NCBI GenBank assembly: GCA_051362555.1
Contig: CM120642.1
Coordinates: forward strand, 28,954,001 to 29,018,000
Origin: Lingula anatina
Taxonomy: Eukaryota; Animalia; Brachiopoda
DNA: 64,000 nucleotides
Direction: 5' to 3'
Shown here: piece after piece, positions 1-13,400 of the stretch
How positions within the stretch are numbered: the stretch's first letter is position 1
How the letters are laid out: every line of letters starts with the position of its first letter
The notes under the pieces: model-generated
What the model was told of the DNA's origin: nothing
The model's input: only the letters and a program-made list of their open reading frames with translations
Databases searched by the model: none
Translations under genes and position numbers: made by a program

Positions 1-1516
1 ACGGGTCCATCTAAATCTCTGGGAATGCAGTCTATGTAAAAAAGAGTCACCTGTCACCCCTCCCCGCTCTGTTGCTTGAAATCTTCCTGCTTGCTTGTCT
101 CTCTCCCTTGATTTGTGCAGCGTCTTGGTTCTTTTCAGCATTCTGCAGCTTACTTTTATTTTTATTTTTTATATAGACAGGCATTTTACAATTTAGTTTT
201 ATTATCTCTCCTTGTGCTTCATTCAGTTTGATTGCAAATTTATTGTTGGCTTTTTATATGGTGAGAAGTTTTAGACCATTCTGGCAGTGGTCACCTATGA
301 AGTCTGTACTGCTTAGATTCACTGTCACCCAAATGCATGGTTTTGACAACTAATTATTGTTACATCCTCTGCCTGTGCTTTGTGTTCATAGTTTTGTCCC
401 CAATCCTCTGGGTCACTTATTTTTTCTTAGTTGCATCACATTTTTTTCATTTCTTACTTATGATGTTACACAATTAAGGCATATTAGTTATTGGTGTTTT
501 ATAGTTATTCAGTGCACTCGATCCTTCATAGTATGGGTAATCTGTATCATGAAACATTGTGCTTTTATCACAGGTTATAATAAAACTTTTAGCAAAAGAC
601 TGGGGCACTTGGTTCTGTCCATCTTATCTTGGTCACTGGTTGTGGTATGTAGTTTCTATGTGGGCACGTTGTTTTAGCATTTCCTTCTTTGGGATCACCT
701 TTTGTTGTACATAGCTATATGGAATATAGTCACTTAGTGTTTTATACAACAGCACCACCTATAGTGCATATTGTGAGTTATTGTTGAATGCATCCTATGG
801 AAAATGGCTTGATGTAATGACACCTTCACTGCTTGATACCTCACAATCCAATCCCTAGCTTTTGCTCTGTGGTTGTTTATAAGTAATATATCTTTAACGT
901 GGTTAGTTTTCTTAAAGTATTAGGTCATAATTTAGGACTGTTTTTGATAAATGATTAACTCATAACTCAGGGAAACGAAGATGGTAAAGTGCAGTATATG
1001 TCAACTTTTTATCAGCATGCATGCTCTTTATTTGGCTTTTTGTTATAATGCTATTTTAAGATAAAAATGATGATTTTATCAATAAGTTGTTATTACTGTT
1101 GCATGGTCCTTTATTGGTTTGTTCTTCCATGTTTATTTTACATGATGGCAGAAATATTCAGCAAGATTGACCTGTTCAAGTCACACTGCTTTTGGTTAGA
1201 ATCAGAAAGATAAATGATTCTATTGATCTTGAAATTGTACTAAAACAACTGATGTTGCAGTTATTTAAATGAAGAGACTGCACCACAGAGTTGCCAAATC
1301 AGTGGACTCAAAATACCTTAAGTAATTGTTTAACATACTGTTCATTATAAAATCATTTCTGAACTTGAAAACAATTTGAAACTAAACTGGAAAAGGTGTG
1401 AGAATCTCAATAATGCAAAGATTTGGCAAATATGGCCCTTTTGAAAAAAGCAATATATGTATTTAAGCATGTCATCATCTCTCTCTCTATATATATATAT
1501 GTATTGTGCCCTACAG

Positions 1517-1702
1517 GAGGACGAGAGGGGAGATCTGTTGAACCAGTATCGGGTCCTCAGTAGGGAGGCGGAGAGGTACGAGACACAGACCCACCAGCTG
1601 GAGAGCGAGGGCTCAAACCTACGTCTAGAACTCATGTCACGAGACTCCGAGGTCAGGAGGTTACGAGATAAAGTAGAGCTGATGGAACGCGAGATACAAG
1701 AA
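1517..1702 (+). CDS. CEP135: CEP135-like centrosomal coiled-coil protein, internal exon (EDERGDLLNQYR...MEREIQE)
   Basis: ctacag acceptor before 1517 and gtgagt donor at 1703, phase 0/0; coiled-coil sequence that splices in frame with the following exons. Confidence 0.8.
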
Positions 1703-2185
1703 GTGAGTGGTTGGTCTTGGTTCTGGTTGGCAAATGTGAGGATTTGTTTATGAGAGTATTAGAAGAGGGGCATAAGGCCAAGATTGGCAGATATAGAGCT
1801 CATTCCTGTTCTTAGACTACCTTAAATTGATCCAACTCTGCAGGGACTCTCTGAATGCAGTCAGGTCAACAGATTAACACGCCTCCTCCTGGCATTGAGT
1901 AGAATACAGAAAAGCTGTTGATTACATGAGTATGTTGGAAATAAGAGGAGGCATTTTAATCTGTTAATCTGATTGCATTCAGCAAGAGTCTCCCCAGAGT
2001 TGGATCATTCTTCATTAAATGATAGTTTCTTTGGAAATGAGCCCTTAGCATACCCAAATCATATATCATTTGAGTTTCCCAGTCAAAGTTAGCCAAATTT
2101 GCGGAAATATATTTGTTTGAAGTTCCTAGAATAAAAAGTTTTTATTAATTTGGGAATTTTATTGATTTGCCGTATTCTCTCCCAG

Positions 2186-2395
2186 CACCTCCATGCTCAG
2201 CAGGCCTACGAGACCCAGGTGTCCAGTCTGACGCGGTCCGTCTCTCAGCTGGAGGACAACCTACGGGTCACAGAGGACGAGCGTCTGAGTGTGCAGCAGG
2301 ATCTGGCGGCTGTGCGCGACCTGTGTGCTAAGCTGGAGGCCACCAAAGACTCACTGCAGAGACAGTTGACAGGGAAGACCCTGGACCAGGAACAG
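2186..2395 (+). CDS. CEP135: CEP135-like internal exon (HLHAQQAYETQV...TLDQEQ)
   Basis: tcccag acceptor and gtgggg donor, phase 0/0; DLAAVRDLCAKLEATKDSLQRQL resembles the CEP135/TSGA10 C-terminal region. Confidence 0.8.
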
Positions 2396-2785
2396 GTGGG
2401 GTGTTAGGTCCTGCAACATCATGTTTATCCATAGTTAGGACTTTTTTGAGATGGATATTGTGTCAGATACTCTAAATTCACTTGCTTTATGATGTTTTAT
2501 ACAGCCCCATGTTTTATGAGACAAGTTCACTGTGAAACATAATGTTTATGTTAGTTTTGAATGTTTGAGATAATACACTGTTACTCGAGCGATATATACC
2601 AGAACAACTAAGAGGGTCTGCGAGAGGTGTTCAAGGCCTTTGAGGGGAGAGGGTCACAATGTTTTTTTAGATGTGTTTATCAAGAGAAAGTACTCATATT
2701 TCACTTAAAAAATGTCCCTAAAACCGAATAAAGTTTATATTGCCATGGTCACAAAAACATATCCAGGTATTTGTCATATCTTCAG

Positions 2786-2988
2786 CTCCAAGCTGCCCTG
2801 GACGAGCTGAAAGCAGACGCAGACGCATTACGAAGCCAGGTGAACAGCGAGCGCGGCACAGTAAGGAACCTGGAGGGTCTACTGTCTTCCAACAGAGAGA
2901 AAGAGTTCCAGACCCAGCTCAGTGCTCAGGAGAAGAATGCTGAGATACAGCTTCTCAAGGATAGGTTGACTCTGAATGAGAGTAAATT
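2786..2988 (+). CDS. CEP135: CEP135-like internal exon (LQAALDELK...NLEGLLSSNREKEFQ...LNESK)
   Basis: cttcag acceptor and gtgagt donor at 2989 (phase 2); LEGLLSSNREKEFQ recalls the conserved CEP135 motif. Confidence 0.85.
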
Positions 2989-3217
2989 GTGAGTACAGAA
3001 CCTGATGTTGTAGTTTGTTAAGATTTAAATGGGAACCCTATTGGTTAAAAAGTAAATGGTCTCTAAAGAGACAAAATAATTTTTTACCTGTGAGGCATTA
3101 TGTGTGTGACATTATGACTCGTCTCTATCTGATGCATTTTCATTGACTCTCAGTATATGAATACAGTTTAAAAATAACACTTTTGTTAATAGATAGTAAC
3201 CTTTGTGTCTGTTTTAG

Positions 3218-3322
3218 ACAAAGTCAGAACAGAGAGATGTCGACATTGAGAACCAAAAACATGGAGTTAGACTCGGAGGTGGAGAGATTAAGAAGACAAC
3301 TCACTAGTGAGAGATTTGAAAA
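3218..3322 (+). CDS. CEP135: CEP135-like exon (QSQNREMSTLRTKNMELDSEVERLRRQLTSERFE), not in ORF track
   Basis: ttttag acceptor and gtaaga donor at 3323, phase 2/2 compatible with both neighbours; LRRQLTSERFE followed by ERTVQEMRRHGL is the characteristic CEP135 C-terminal motif. Confidence 0.85.
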
Positions 3323-3649
3323 GTAAGAGCATTATGATTTTTTTCTCATTGGTGGTGAAAACCACCTTTGCAGTGTTTGAGGTAGACATGTTATGTTTTT
3401 ATACATACAATATCATTTCTGAATTAAAAAATCTATTTTCTTTCTTACTTATTAATTTCCTCACAGAGGCCGGAATATAAGTTATTTGCTGATATTTTGA
3501 GTTTGCTTGGTAAATATTTTTATGGTACAAAGATAATAAAAAACATCTAAAACTTTAACTTTGATAATTGTGGTATTTTTATTAGGTGTATGTATTGATT
3601 GTTCAAAAATAGATACCAGAAAAAGTTCTGACATTGATATCTATTTCAG

Positions 3650-3778
3650 AGAACGCACAGTGCAGGAAATGCGGCGACACGGCCTCACTCCTCCCGCAGA
3701 CACGTCAGGACGAGCGATGTCGCGTAGTTCACTCGGTCGCAGTTCCACCCCAGCGCGTAGAGTATCCAGTCCAACAAG
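3650..3778 (+). CDS. CEP135: CEP135-like exon (ERTVQEMRRHGLTPP...RRVSSPT)
   Basis: tttcag acceptor, phase 2; ends at an ag|gtagta donor at 3779 or reads on to TAG at 3780-3782. Confidence 0.8.
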
Positions 3779-4106
3779 GTAGTACTGCTTAGAACCAAGC
3801 TATGAAATTCTTTGTACCTCAGTTGCCCACATTTCTGCAGTCATATTTTATATTTGTTGCAGATGTGAGGGCGACAGGCTTAATGCTATCTTCTGCTTTG
3901 TATAGAACCTCTGTGAAAACTATATGAACTATATGATATAATATCATACTGTAATCTTGCTAGTTTTAATGCTTGGGTGTAGCATTACACAATACTGTGT
4001 CTTAAATTTTGATACTAGTATCTTGTTGCTTACTGCTACATGTGTGACTTCTGCTCTAGCTACCTTGACTGAATAGGAGAGTAAAATGACAAAACTTTCT
4101 CCACAG

Positions 4107-4188
4107 GTCAATTCTCAGGTCACCTGAAAGAAGGAGGTCACCAGAGAGAGTGACCATCAGGTCTCCACGGAGTCATTCCAGAGCTGAG
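4107..4188 (+). CDS. CEP135: Probable CEP135-like exon encoding an RSP-rich tail (SILRSPERRRSPERVTIRSPRSHSRAE)
   Basis: ttctccacag acceptor and gtaatg donor; phase 2 start matches the previous exon; Ser/Pro/Arg-rich like CEP135 tails. Confidence 0.6.
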
Positions 4189-4241
4189 GTAATGGGGATA
4201 GACATACATGCACGTACGCATGCACCCACCCACCCACCCAC

Positions 4242-4272
<31 letters not shown>

Positions 4273-6416
4273 TTCAATTTCAAATCCAATTTCAATTACC
4301 ATTACTGTGATGGGCACTTTTTGTGATCTCTTTGATAGAGTTCTAGCATGGAGAACTATGTCCTGTTATAAAGCATGGGTTAGTTCTGTATAATTATAGC
4401 CTATTGTACTACCTGTTTTAATGCAATTAGGCTGTCTCATCTTAAACTTAAACACTCCTTACATAATAGGTCTGAGAGGCTCTACTGGTACTGCTTCAAG
4501 TGTTAACAAAAGAAGACACATGTAGTATTGTTTGTCCAGATGTTATTTATGTTACTACAACAAATCTGACAGTTGTTTTGTTTTAAATTTATAAAGTGCA
4601 ACCGTTTAAATCTTCAGGATTGACAGTAGTACTCCAGCAATACAAGAGCAATGAAAGCCAAAGGTACATGCAGCATGGCACTGGTTTGGCTGCTGAACAC
4701 TATGCACTCACAGTCGCTTGTATTTTGATTTGTTGTTTTGGTTTTCAGTTGCAATTCTCTGCACCGATGCAAGACTAAATGTTTTTTCCATAGCATTTTT
4801 ACATGTAATATGTAGTGTTTGCATGTCTTCACCGGTGACTCTTAATTCTGGAGTAGTACCAGACTGTTGTTTGTTTGGCATGCTTCCTAACACCATTGGC
4901 CCAAGCTGGTAAATTATACTTAGCTTACATTGTTACTATCAGCAATTGGACACCTATTTATGATACTAATTGACATCATATTTAAGCTCCAATACTTCAC
5001 TGCCCCCCCCCCCCCCCCCCCCAATCATGACCTTTGAAATATTCCACATTTAGTATACTGAGTTTTAATTATGTTATGATTAACAATTTCGACTAACACC
5101 GAGATATTTTGCCATTTTTTGAATCAGCACACAGTTAAATCTATGTAAGAGTCCGTAAGAACAGAGCTTTATTTCTACCTTGTTTTTGCATGTAGAGGGA
5201 GGAGGATGGTTGGGAGGAAGAGATAAAGGGAGACATACAAATTATCAGTAAGTTTTTTTGGGGGAAGTAGCAGTGCATTGACTTGGTTGGAGTCTCCCTT
5301 TCCATTTCTTGCTATTCCATCTTTAGTTTTTGCCGTATCTTTTCTGGCGAAACCTCTTTAAGTTTGTTTGTGATAATGTGCTGTCATATTTTTGAAATTG
5401 ATTTTGGAATTGATTTATGATTTTGTTCCTGTCCCATTATTTTTGACTAACTAGTAAGTGTGCGGTAGTTGCTTTAGCACTTATTTATCACCCTTGTGTA
5501 GATTTGGATCATTATTTCATTCAAATATTGCATAAATTTCCAACAGCTTAAAGCAGCATCTACACAGAGAACTGTGCAATGCAGAAAGTATGGTCCAAAT
5601 GAAACGAACTTCATGTGTGAGAAGTATGGCAACAAGTTTTTTTTTTCAATTTTGATTTGAAAATAACACCATGTCCTTGTTAAGATATCCTATGTTGTGT
5701 GCTACTTGGATGGAGCTCATTTCTTACTACAGTAACTGTGTGTAAATGCTACTTATGTTGTTAATTCATTTTACTGTGGCTTTTATTAACCTTACACTAT
5801 AATGTATACACAATGACTGATGATTTGTCCAATTTGTGTTTAACCCAACATCAGAACCTTTCTGCACTGCACCTCTACTGATGTGTTGTCAAAGGAGGGG
5901 TGTGTACTTAGTTGGATTACATCTGTGATTTAGTTTTTGTCCAAGTTAAATTAGCGTGTCTTCTTTATGGCCCTTTTTACATCATGGGGTATACTTTAGC
6001 AATACAGTCTGTGTCTGTACAGTTTGAGAGATCCTAAAATGTAGCTACACTACAGGGGATTTTACTCGCAAGTTTACTCACTTGCCTTGTTGAGCAAGGT
6101 AGGCTCTGTTTGGAGACTCTCTTATGTGGCAGCTGAACTATTGAGTTATCAGTCTCTAGTCTCTAGAAACGTACTGGTACAGGGTGTATTGCTTGTACCT
6201 CTTCATGTGAAAAAGACTTCTCACAAGTAAAAACGATTTGGAATTTGGTGACTGATGATACCCTGCGTTGTTTCAGTTGCTAGAAAAAACAGTTTGTGGT
6301 AATACTTTGTAGGGGCTATACTATAAATTATTTCATGACATTCCCTTTGTAAATGACACTGAAGAAATAGCTCTTTATCTGACCATTGTGACCAGGAGTA
6401 CTGTTTTTCTTTTCAG

Positions 6417-6497
6417 GAAGAAGTCCCACTGAATAAATCCCTGCTGGACTGGATAGAGGATACTGACCAGGCTGTGGCTGAGATGACTTCTGTGTAG
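6417..6497 (+). CDS. Candidate terminal exon of the CEP135-like gene (EEVPLNKSLLDWIEDTDQAVAEMTSV*)
   Basis: Strong polypyrimidine tttcag acceptor; phase 0 fits exon 4107-4188. Alternative candidate exons start near 5196 and 7750. Confidence 0.3.
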   Translation, partial: EEVPLNKSLLDWIEDTDQAVAEMTSV

Positions 6498-7200
6498 GAT
6501 ATTTATTGTTAAATCTGGATAACGGATACCAGACTGTGGCTGAGATGACTTCTGTGTAGGATAACTATTGTTGAATCTGGATAACGGATATCAAGCTCCG
6601 GCTGAGATTACATCTGTGTAGGATACTGTTTTTGAATCGTGGTAACGGATACCAAGCTGTGGCTGAGATGACATCTGTGTAGGATAACTGTTGTTGAATC
6701 TGGATAACGGATACCAAGCTGTGGCTGAGATTACTTCTGTGTAGGATACTGTTGTTGAATCAGGATAACGGATACCAAGCTGTGGCTGACATGATATCTG
6801 TGTAGGATACTGTTGTTAGTGTGTATAATGGATACTGGCCAGGCTGTAGCTGATATGACACCTGGATAATGGATATTGACCTAATTGTTGATGATATGAA
6901 ACTGTTTAGGATATGGATATTAATATGGGTAACAGATACTAGCAAAGTTGTGGATGATATGACACCTGGATATTGGATATTGGCCAAGCAGTGGCTTAGG
7001 TGACATCTGTTAAGGAGACTGATGTTAATGTGGATAATGGACACTGACCAGGCTGTATCTGAGATGATATCTGCCTAGGATACTGCAGTTTATGTGGATA
7101 ACGGATACTGATTGGGCTGGTATCGACATGATACCTGGATAATGGATATTGGCCAGGCTGTGACTGATATGACCTCTGAATAATGGATGCTGATCAGGCT
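6450..7200. repeat. Minisatellite, ~61-bp unit (ggataacggataccaagctgtggctgagatgacttctgtgtaggatactgttgttgaatct), degenerating into shorter units 3'
   Basis: Well-conserved tandem copies at 6450-6830, then truncated and diverged copies to ~7200. Confidence 0.9.
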
Positions 7201-9898
7201 ATCAGGTTGGATACATATGCCTTGCCTGAGAGAGAGAGCAAGGACCAGTGACTGAGGCAGTTTGAATACATCGTGTTGGTTTTGTGCAGAAAAAATAACT
7301 GTATGAAGTCATGCATTATGTTTGACAGTCCATAACTGAGTCATTCACTTTGTAAAACCCAAGTGACCTAGTATGAGTGACAAAAAAGGCTCTGTACTAA
7401 TTGAAATGGAAGATCTCACAGCAGTATTTTTAAAACAAGATTTAGTGGTTTTTTTTAAAGTGATTTATATTTTTAAAATTTGTAATTATTATATCCGTCA
7501 GAGAGTCATTTTGGTAAAAGTCACAGTAAATGGTGTAACGTTGGGTTCTCCCAGGCCAGTGAATTAAGCGGTATAGTGTGCGTGGTTTGAAATAGTGACT
7601 CCCTACAGGCAGGATAGCGCCATTAAATTGTGGTATGCATGAGGAATATTTACAGCTACGTGGAATACATGCCGCCTTTGTGTGGTCAATTAACATATAT
7701 ACGACCACAAATGTAACAGCTCCAACTGCAAAGGCAGCAATTTCTTCAGGTCACTTGATGCTATCTATGCATGGAGAACTAACAGAAGCAGGGAGTTGAG
7801 GAGGACGCTTTGTCTGGAAGACTGGACGGTATTCTGACCGTGGTTAACATTGCGGTGATGTCTTGTCCACTTAAATGAGACTACTTCATGCTACGTCCAC
7901 TGCCATGCCGGATTTCACACTCAGGACAATCAACAGCCAATAATAACGTACATATATCTTATGACGTGTAGAATTTAATCATTGAATTTTTAGGATTTAT
8001 ACTATGATCATATAATACATGTAAATCTGTGATTCCAGTGTTTTTTTATTGCGATGTGAACTTGTATTTGGCACGTTATTTTGTGCATTTTAACGCGTGC
8101 CTTAAATGAAGTATTTGTAAAATGAAAATCCTTGTCTTATGTTTTAAGGGTATGATAGTTCACAGAGTTCACAGAAATGTCATTTTTAAATCATTGAATG
8201 TATATTTTATAGTTTTATGTTCGTTGAGTTTTCATTTATTCGTCTATGTTTTCTCCCCATTTCACGTTATGGAAATACAATTATTTAAACCACGTATGGT
8301 ACGATGGTATTTATGTGTACAGATAATTTTAAACGCTTACAAATACTGCATGCATTTACTGAGTGTAGATATTTTATTATTTTATGAATAAATCTAATTG
8401 TTTGATAAAAACGCACTTTTTGCTCTCTGTGAATGACGACATCGCTCTGTGGCTGTTTCGCTGTCACGTGTAGCCGAAAAAATAAGGGCGTTCCGCCTGA
8501 TGACCGTTGCTTCTAGACGGTTTTTTTGCAGTCGGCTGCGGCTAGCCAAGATAGCGAAACGCCTACAACAGGGCAGCAATTTCAGTTGGGTTCTTTGTAT
8601 AAAAATGCCATTTATCCCTTAGTTGAGCCAACCTGATGAATGGTACAAAAGTATGATCAAATTTTGGCTTGGAGCGGACCTTTTGAAACTCGTCCCCCTC
8701 CACCCTGCCCCCACCCCACCACTTGCACCTATGTGTCTGTACATGTATTCACGCGACCCGTTTTGAAGTAAATAACAAAAAAAAAAAAAAAAAACGGCAT
8801 TTGAAGTCAGACAGAGAAAACAATATAAACTGCTATAAATATCAATTTATTTGGATAATAATAATCAATGCATGCATGTATCTTAGAGCTGTCCGAGTTT
8901 GGTGCGTGCTATTAACATGGCCACGTGCGTCTATGGACAGACAGCATGTGGGGCGTACGCTATCATGCTTAGAAAAATAAGTCCTGTCATAAGTCCTATC
9001 ACTAAATCAGTTACACCTTACACCCTTGTCCATTCACACTTAGGGTGTATCATGTCCACTGAGAAGCAGTATCTACTGTCCCTGTTTAATTGACGGTGGA
9101 AACAAATCGTTCTCGTCACGTCACTGAAAGGAAAATTGTCCCTGTAGCGATACTATATAGAGCCAATTACAACAGTGTTCTTAGAAAATTCTTTTTAATT
9201 AACAAGCAGTACTAAGAGATGGATAAATTTGATTCCATAAGGATTTTTCTCCGCCAAAATGGATTTTCCTCGGGAAAAAGGAATTTTTTCTCCTTCTCAC
9301 GAATCATTGCTTGACCCGTCTCTGCACTTATCCTGAAGAAACGGACAAAAGCTCATAACTTTCTTTTTAATTCAACGGCCCGTGCCAGTTAAACTTATTT
9401 AACCTGTGCCCCGTCAAATTCACAAATAAAAAAATTCTAGATCAATTTAGGCAAATAAATACGACAAAGACGCATTATAAATGAACCACAATCACCTTAA
9501 AAATTACACATTGGTTGCTATATTTAAATTGACATATTTTATTACAGAAAATACTTAGAATACTTAGATTAACACATTCCTCAAACATATTTGAGGAAGA
9601 GCTTTTTGAGAGAGCTTTGTTACAAAACAAATATTTCAGTTAATATATAGGCTTATGCATGTGGTTTCCTATTAGTATCAGGTTATTAGTGTTATTAGTG
9701 GTACTCGCATGTGCCAAGCCATCTTCACCGTCTGACTCTCTCATAGCGTATACTTAAAATGAAAACCTATTTAGCGACAAAGTCCCTTTTATTCCTTTGT
9801 TGTTTATTTTTTTCATGATTAGATAGTACACGACACTTAAATGCGCAAAGCTTTAATAAGCCGTCCCTGAGTACAAATGTTTCAATATACGACAGGGT

Positions 9899-9905
9899 TA
9901 TATAA
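9899..9905 (+). promoter_or_regulatory. TATA box of cluster gene 1
   Basis: TATATAA about 150 bp upstream of ATG 10055. Confidence 0.6.
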
Positions 9906-10054
9906 GGCAGGTGTCCAGGGGGATGTAAGGCGGGCTCACCTGTTAGAAGTCTTCAGATAGCTGCAGTGGTCTCTTGAAGGAACCAGGCAGCGGTGCTAGA
10001 TATTTGACGCGTTACAAAGTGAAACGACTTCCATCAAAACTGTACAGGAAAACA

Positions 10055-10483
10055 ATGGGCCCAAAACGATTCATCTTAGCTTTCCTTGTGATTGTTTCCG
10101 TTGGAGCCGCTTCAGCCCAGAAAGAAGGAATCAGATACTTGCTGTTGGACTACAGCCCCGACATTCTTTCTGAAGAGGTGCACGGGTTAGATGAGCAGCC
10201 GCCATTGAGTGGAGTGCCAGAGTTCGGGGAGCTCCCTGAGGAAGAAGAAGAAGAAGAGAAAGAGGAGAAGCTGAGTCAGAGCACAGAACCAAGTGCCGAA
10301 ACCTCAGATGACAGGACCTTCGTGGTCCCGCTCCGTGCCCAGCTGCGTGGGCAGTACGGCAGTCCTATGGCCTACAGTATGTATACAGGGGGGCTGAGGA
10401 GATACGTGGACATCTATAACCGCGTCATCGGGAACAACCAGAGATACAGGGGCCAAAAATATGCCGCCACTTACAACTACTAG
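10055..10483 (+). CDS. Cluster gene 1: secreted 142-aa protein with acidic poly-Glu core and basic Tyr-rich C-terminus
   Basis: Signal peptide MGPKRFILAFLVIVSVGAASA; EEEEEEEKEEK tract; tail RYRGQKYAATYNY*; gtgagt donor at 10499 and ttcag acceptor near 10782 (3'UTR intron). Confidence 0.85.
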   Translation: MGPKRFILAFLVIVSVGAASAQKEGIRYLLLDYSPDILSEEVHGLDEQPPLSGVPEFGELPEEEEEEEKEEKLSQSTEPSAETSDDRTFVVPLRAQLRGQYGSPMAYSMYTGGLRRYVDIYNRVIGNNQRYRGQKYAATYNY

Positions 10484-13400
10484 TGATGACAATACTGGGT
10501 GAGTTGTGAGATTTTACTTCTTCCCTCCCTCTCTCTCTCTCTCTCTTTTCATATATTTTATACATACATAGATGGATAGGTATATTGCTACTTTTCCCGA
10601 AATGCCTTTCAATACTTGTCAATAACCGTCTTCATCTAGTCTGATTAATGCACGCCTTTTTGAAGTGACGCGTGTATCATGAGATGTATTTTTGACAGAA
10701 AAATGTCATGATTGGTTATTAACGCGCACATTTTGTTTGTCTTTTATGAGATGTGTATTGTTATTATAAACTCAAATTTCAGGTTTCAGCCAGCCAACAC
10801 CTTATACTGGATAACTGAACCAACCCGAGTTACGTACCCGCACCCCATTACTTCTGAAGATGAACTCATTTAACAAGAAGGTCTGGTTGGTATTTTTCGT
10901 GACTGTGAACGCCACCACAACTTTCGATGTTTCCGACTGTAATGAACAATTACATTTTGGAATTTTCCCGGGCAAAATGCCAGCACTGTACCCATTTGAG
11001 TCATTTCAATGGTAGTTGCTTCCAGATTCTAAACATACAAAAACTGCATGGAAAACGAAACAGATTGATGGACCTTTGGGAATTATAAAAATGAACTATG
11101 GTCTCTTTTCTTGAATACTGTACTTTTTATATACAATGCATAAATAAGGAATCGACTAGGGAGAGGGAAGCAAAGTAAAACTATTTTATCTTAATTCTGT
11201 AAGCCCTTAAAAATAAACAATAAAGACCGTAACATTCTGAAGTCAAACTTTCAGAATCTAATAACATTTTTTATATAATTTATAATTGTAATTGTCTTAA
11301 GTGTAAATAAGATGAAATCTATTACACTAAAGGCATTGTTTAACTTTATTAAAATGAACATTATTATTATTATTGTGTGATACTTGTTGTTTTTCATGTA
11401 AGGCCAAAAGATGCATTATGTATACACGTACGATGTAACGTATAGAGAGTACTGGCATGAAACACTGCTCTCTGAACATCATACTATTATATCATAAAAA
11501 GTGCTAAAAGTGGTATCTCAATCTCTCCGTACTTTGCTTGATAAATTTGTACACGTAATTTTTTGTAAAGACAAAGATCTAATCGATATTCCGCACGCCA
11601 GTAAGCTGCTTTTTCGATATGAACTTAGTAAATCATTGCAACGAACATACTCAAATGCAATCTACGTGGCTTTCATTTATGTGAATAAATATAAAATATA
11701 AATATATAAATATAAAATTTGATTCACACCTCACTCCGCAACCCACTACTGAGTTTTCATATCCATAATAAGGCTAGAAGAGACATCGGTATATTAATCT
11801 TAACAGAGGGATTTTGATAGTGTTTTTGCTTGATTTTTCCCTGTAGCCACTCTAGCCATATGTATTTATTCAGGGCACTGTCATCCAAATGTGTGAATAT
11901 GTTTTGCTCCCTAAGAAATAAAGTGTCACTTTTGGACCCCGAATTGCAACTTTTTTAAAGTTTCAATTTTTAAATTAAATTCAATTAAAATTTCCGTTTC
12001 TATTGATTCAGTGGGTAGGCTTATATCAGTCATATTTCTTTTGAATCACAAAATTTTCTTCCATTTGTCACGAATAACTTAAATGTTTATGTTTATAAAA
12101 TAACTAAATGAGTGTTAGTTTGTATTTGTGTGCGCACGTGTGTGCGCGTGTGTGGTTTGGGTCGGGTGCTTGTGATTGCAATCAACAAACCTATTGCCTT
12201 TCTGCGTAAAGAATTGGTATTATTCAGTCTTTTTTGCAATATGTAATAAAACACTATCTAAACGATCGCATTAGAATCCTTCTTTTGTTCTTTGTTCTTG
12301 GTTCTTCTTTTAAATTGCTATTGTGACATTCTTTTGATTAAGTTAAGATTTCCGCCCTCTAGAGATTGGTATCTTCTACCGATTTCGAAAACTAAACGAT
12401 TGACGAAAGGCACTCAGGACTCTGCACCCTGTGACACCCGGAAAAAATACTCTAAAAGTCAATGTCGAAGATTTATACACTCTCCCGTTAAGCACGTTGT
12501 CTACAGCATTTGAATAGTGAAGACAATTTTTACAGCTTAAAAAATTTGCATGCTTTGAGGCTGATGCCCCCCACCCTCGCCAACTGCCCCAGCTTTCCAA
12601 AACAGAATGGCAGATTCAACCCCAGTCCATAACCAAAAGAGAAGATCATATCAATAGGAATCAACTCTTCCCAGTGAACTATGTTCGTTAAATCCGAGAT
12701 AACTGTTCCTCAACGTCATAATGAATCTATATCTGGCATAAAATGATATTGTAGGATACAAACTATTACATGTCAAGACGTGAAAATTGTGTTGGGTGTG
12801 GTTACCATTGTGACGGTGTTAATTCGTTAAAAATGAATGTTCTATACGTCCAAAATATACATACAAAGGAAAAACGCCGATAGCAAACCGCAATTAAAAA
12901 GCGGCGAGAAAACGCTGAGGTCTTCATCGATGGCGTTACATTTACTTAATTTTTTTTTTAATTCTTCATAAATGCATATTATAGTGAAAGGTGCATGACA
13001 GAAAAGGTCCCGTCAGGTGTTTGACATGAAAGTGTTTTCTAGAATTTAAAGCCAATTTTTTTCTAAAATAATACAAAATATTTTAGAACTCAACAATACG
13101 TCCTTGCCATTTGAAGTGAAAATTTCAAAAACTTATCACAACAGTAAAATTTACAAGATGGCAAAAGCAGTTTGTTAGTGGTAATGAACCGTTTCTCGTT
13201 AAGTTTTGAATATTTGGCAACGTTTCAGGATATCGTGAAATGTACTAAGTCATCCAGCGTATAATCCTCATCATTAAAAAACGCAGTAAAAAGATAAACC
13301 AATTCTCTTAAGTATTCTAATGCTTTTTAATATTTTAGTATTTTTAAATACGTATTTTTAAAACGATACACTATAATGCCGCATTTATATGGAAGCAAGA

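Noticed and set aside
357-677. 106-aa hydrophobic ORF and similar short AT-rich ORFs across intergenic DNA
   Set aside because: Non-ATG starts or composition typical of T-rich intronic DNA, with no splice or protein-like support.
6450-7200. Regular ~61-bp repeats superficially like a CRISPR array
   Set aside because: No unique spacers, no cas genes and a eukaryotic context; it is a minisatellite.
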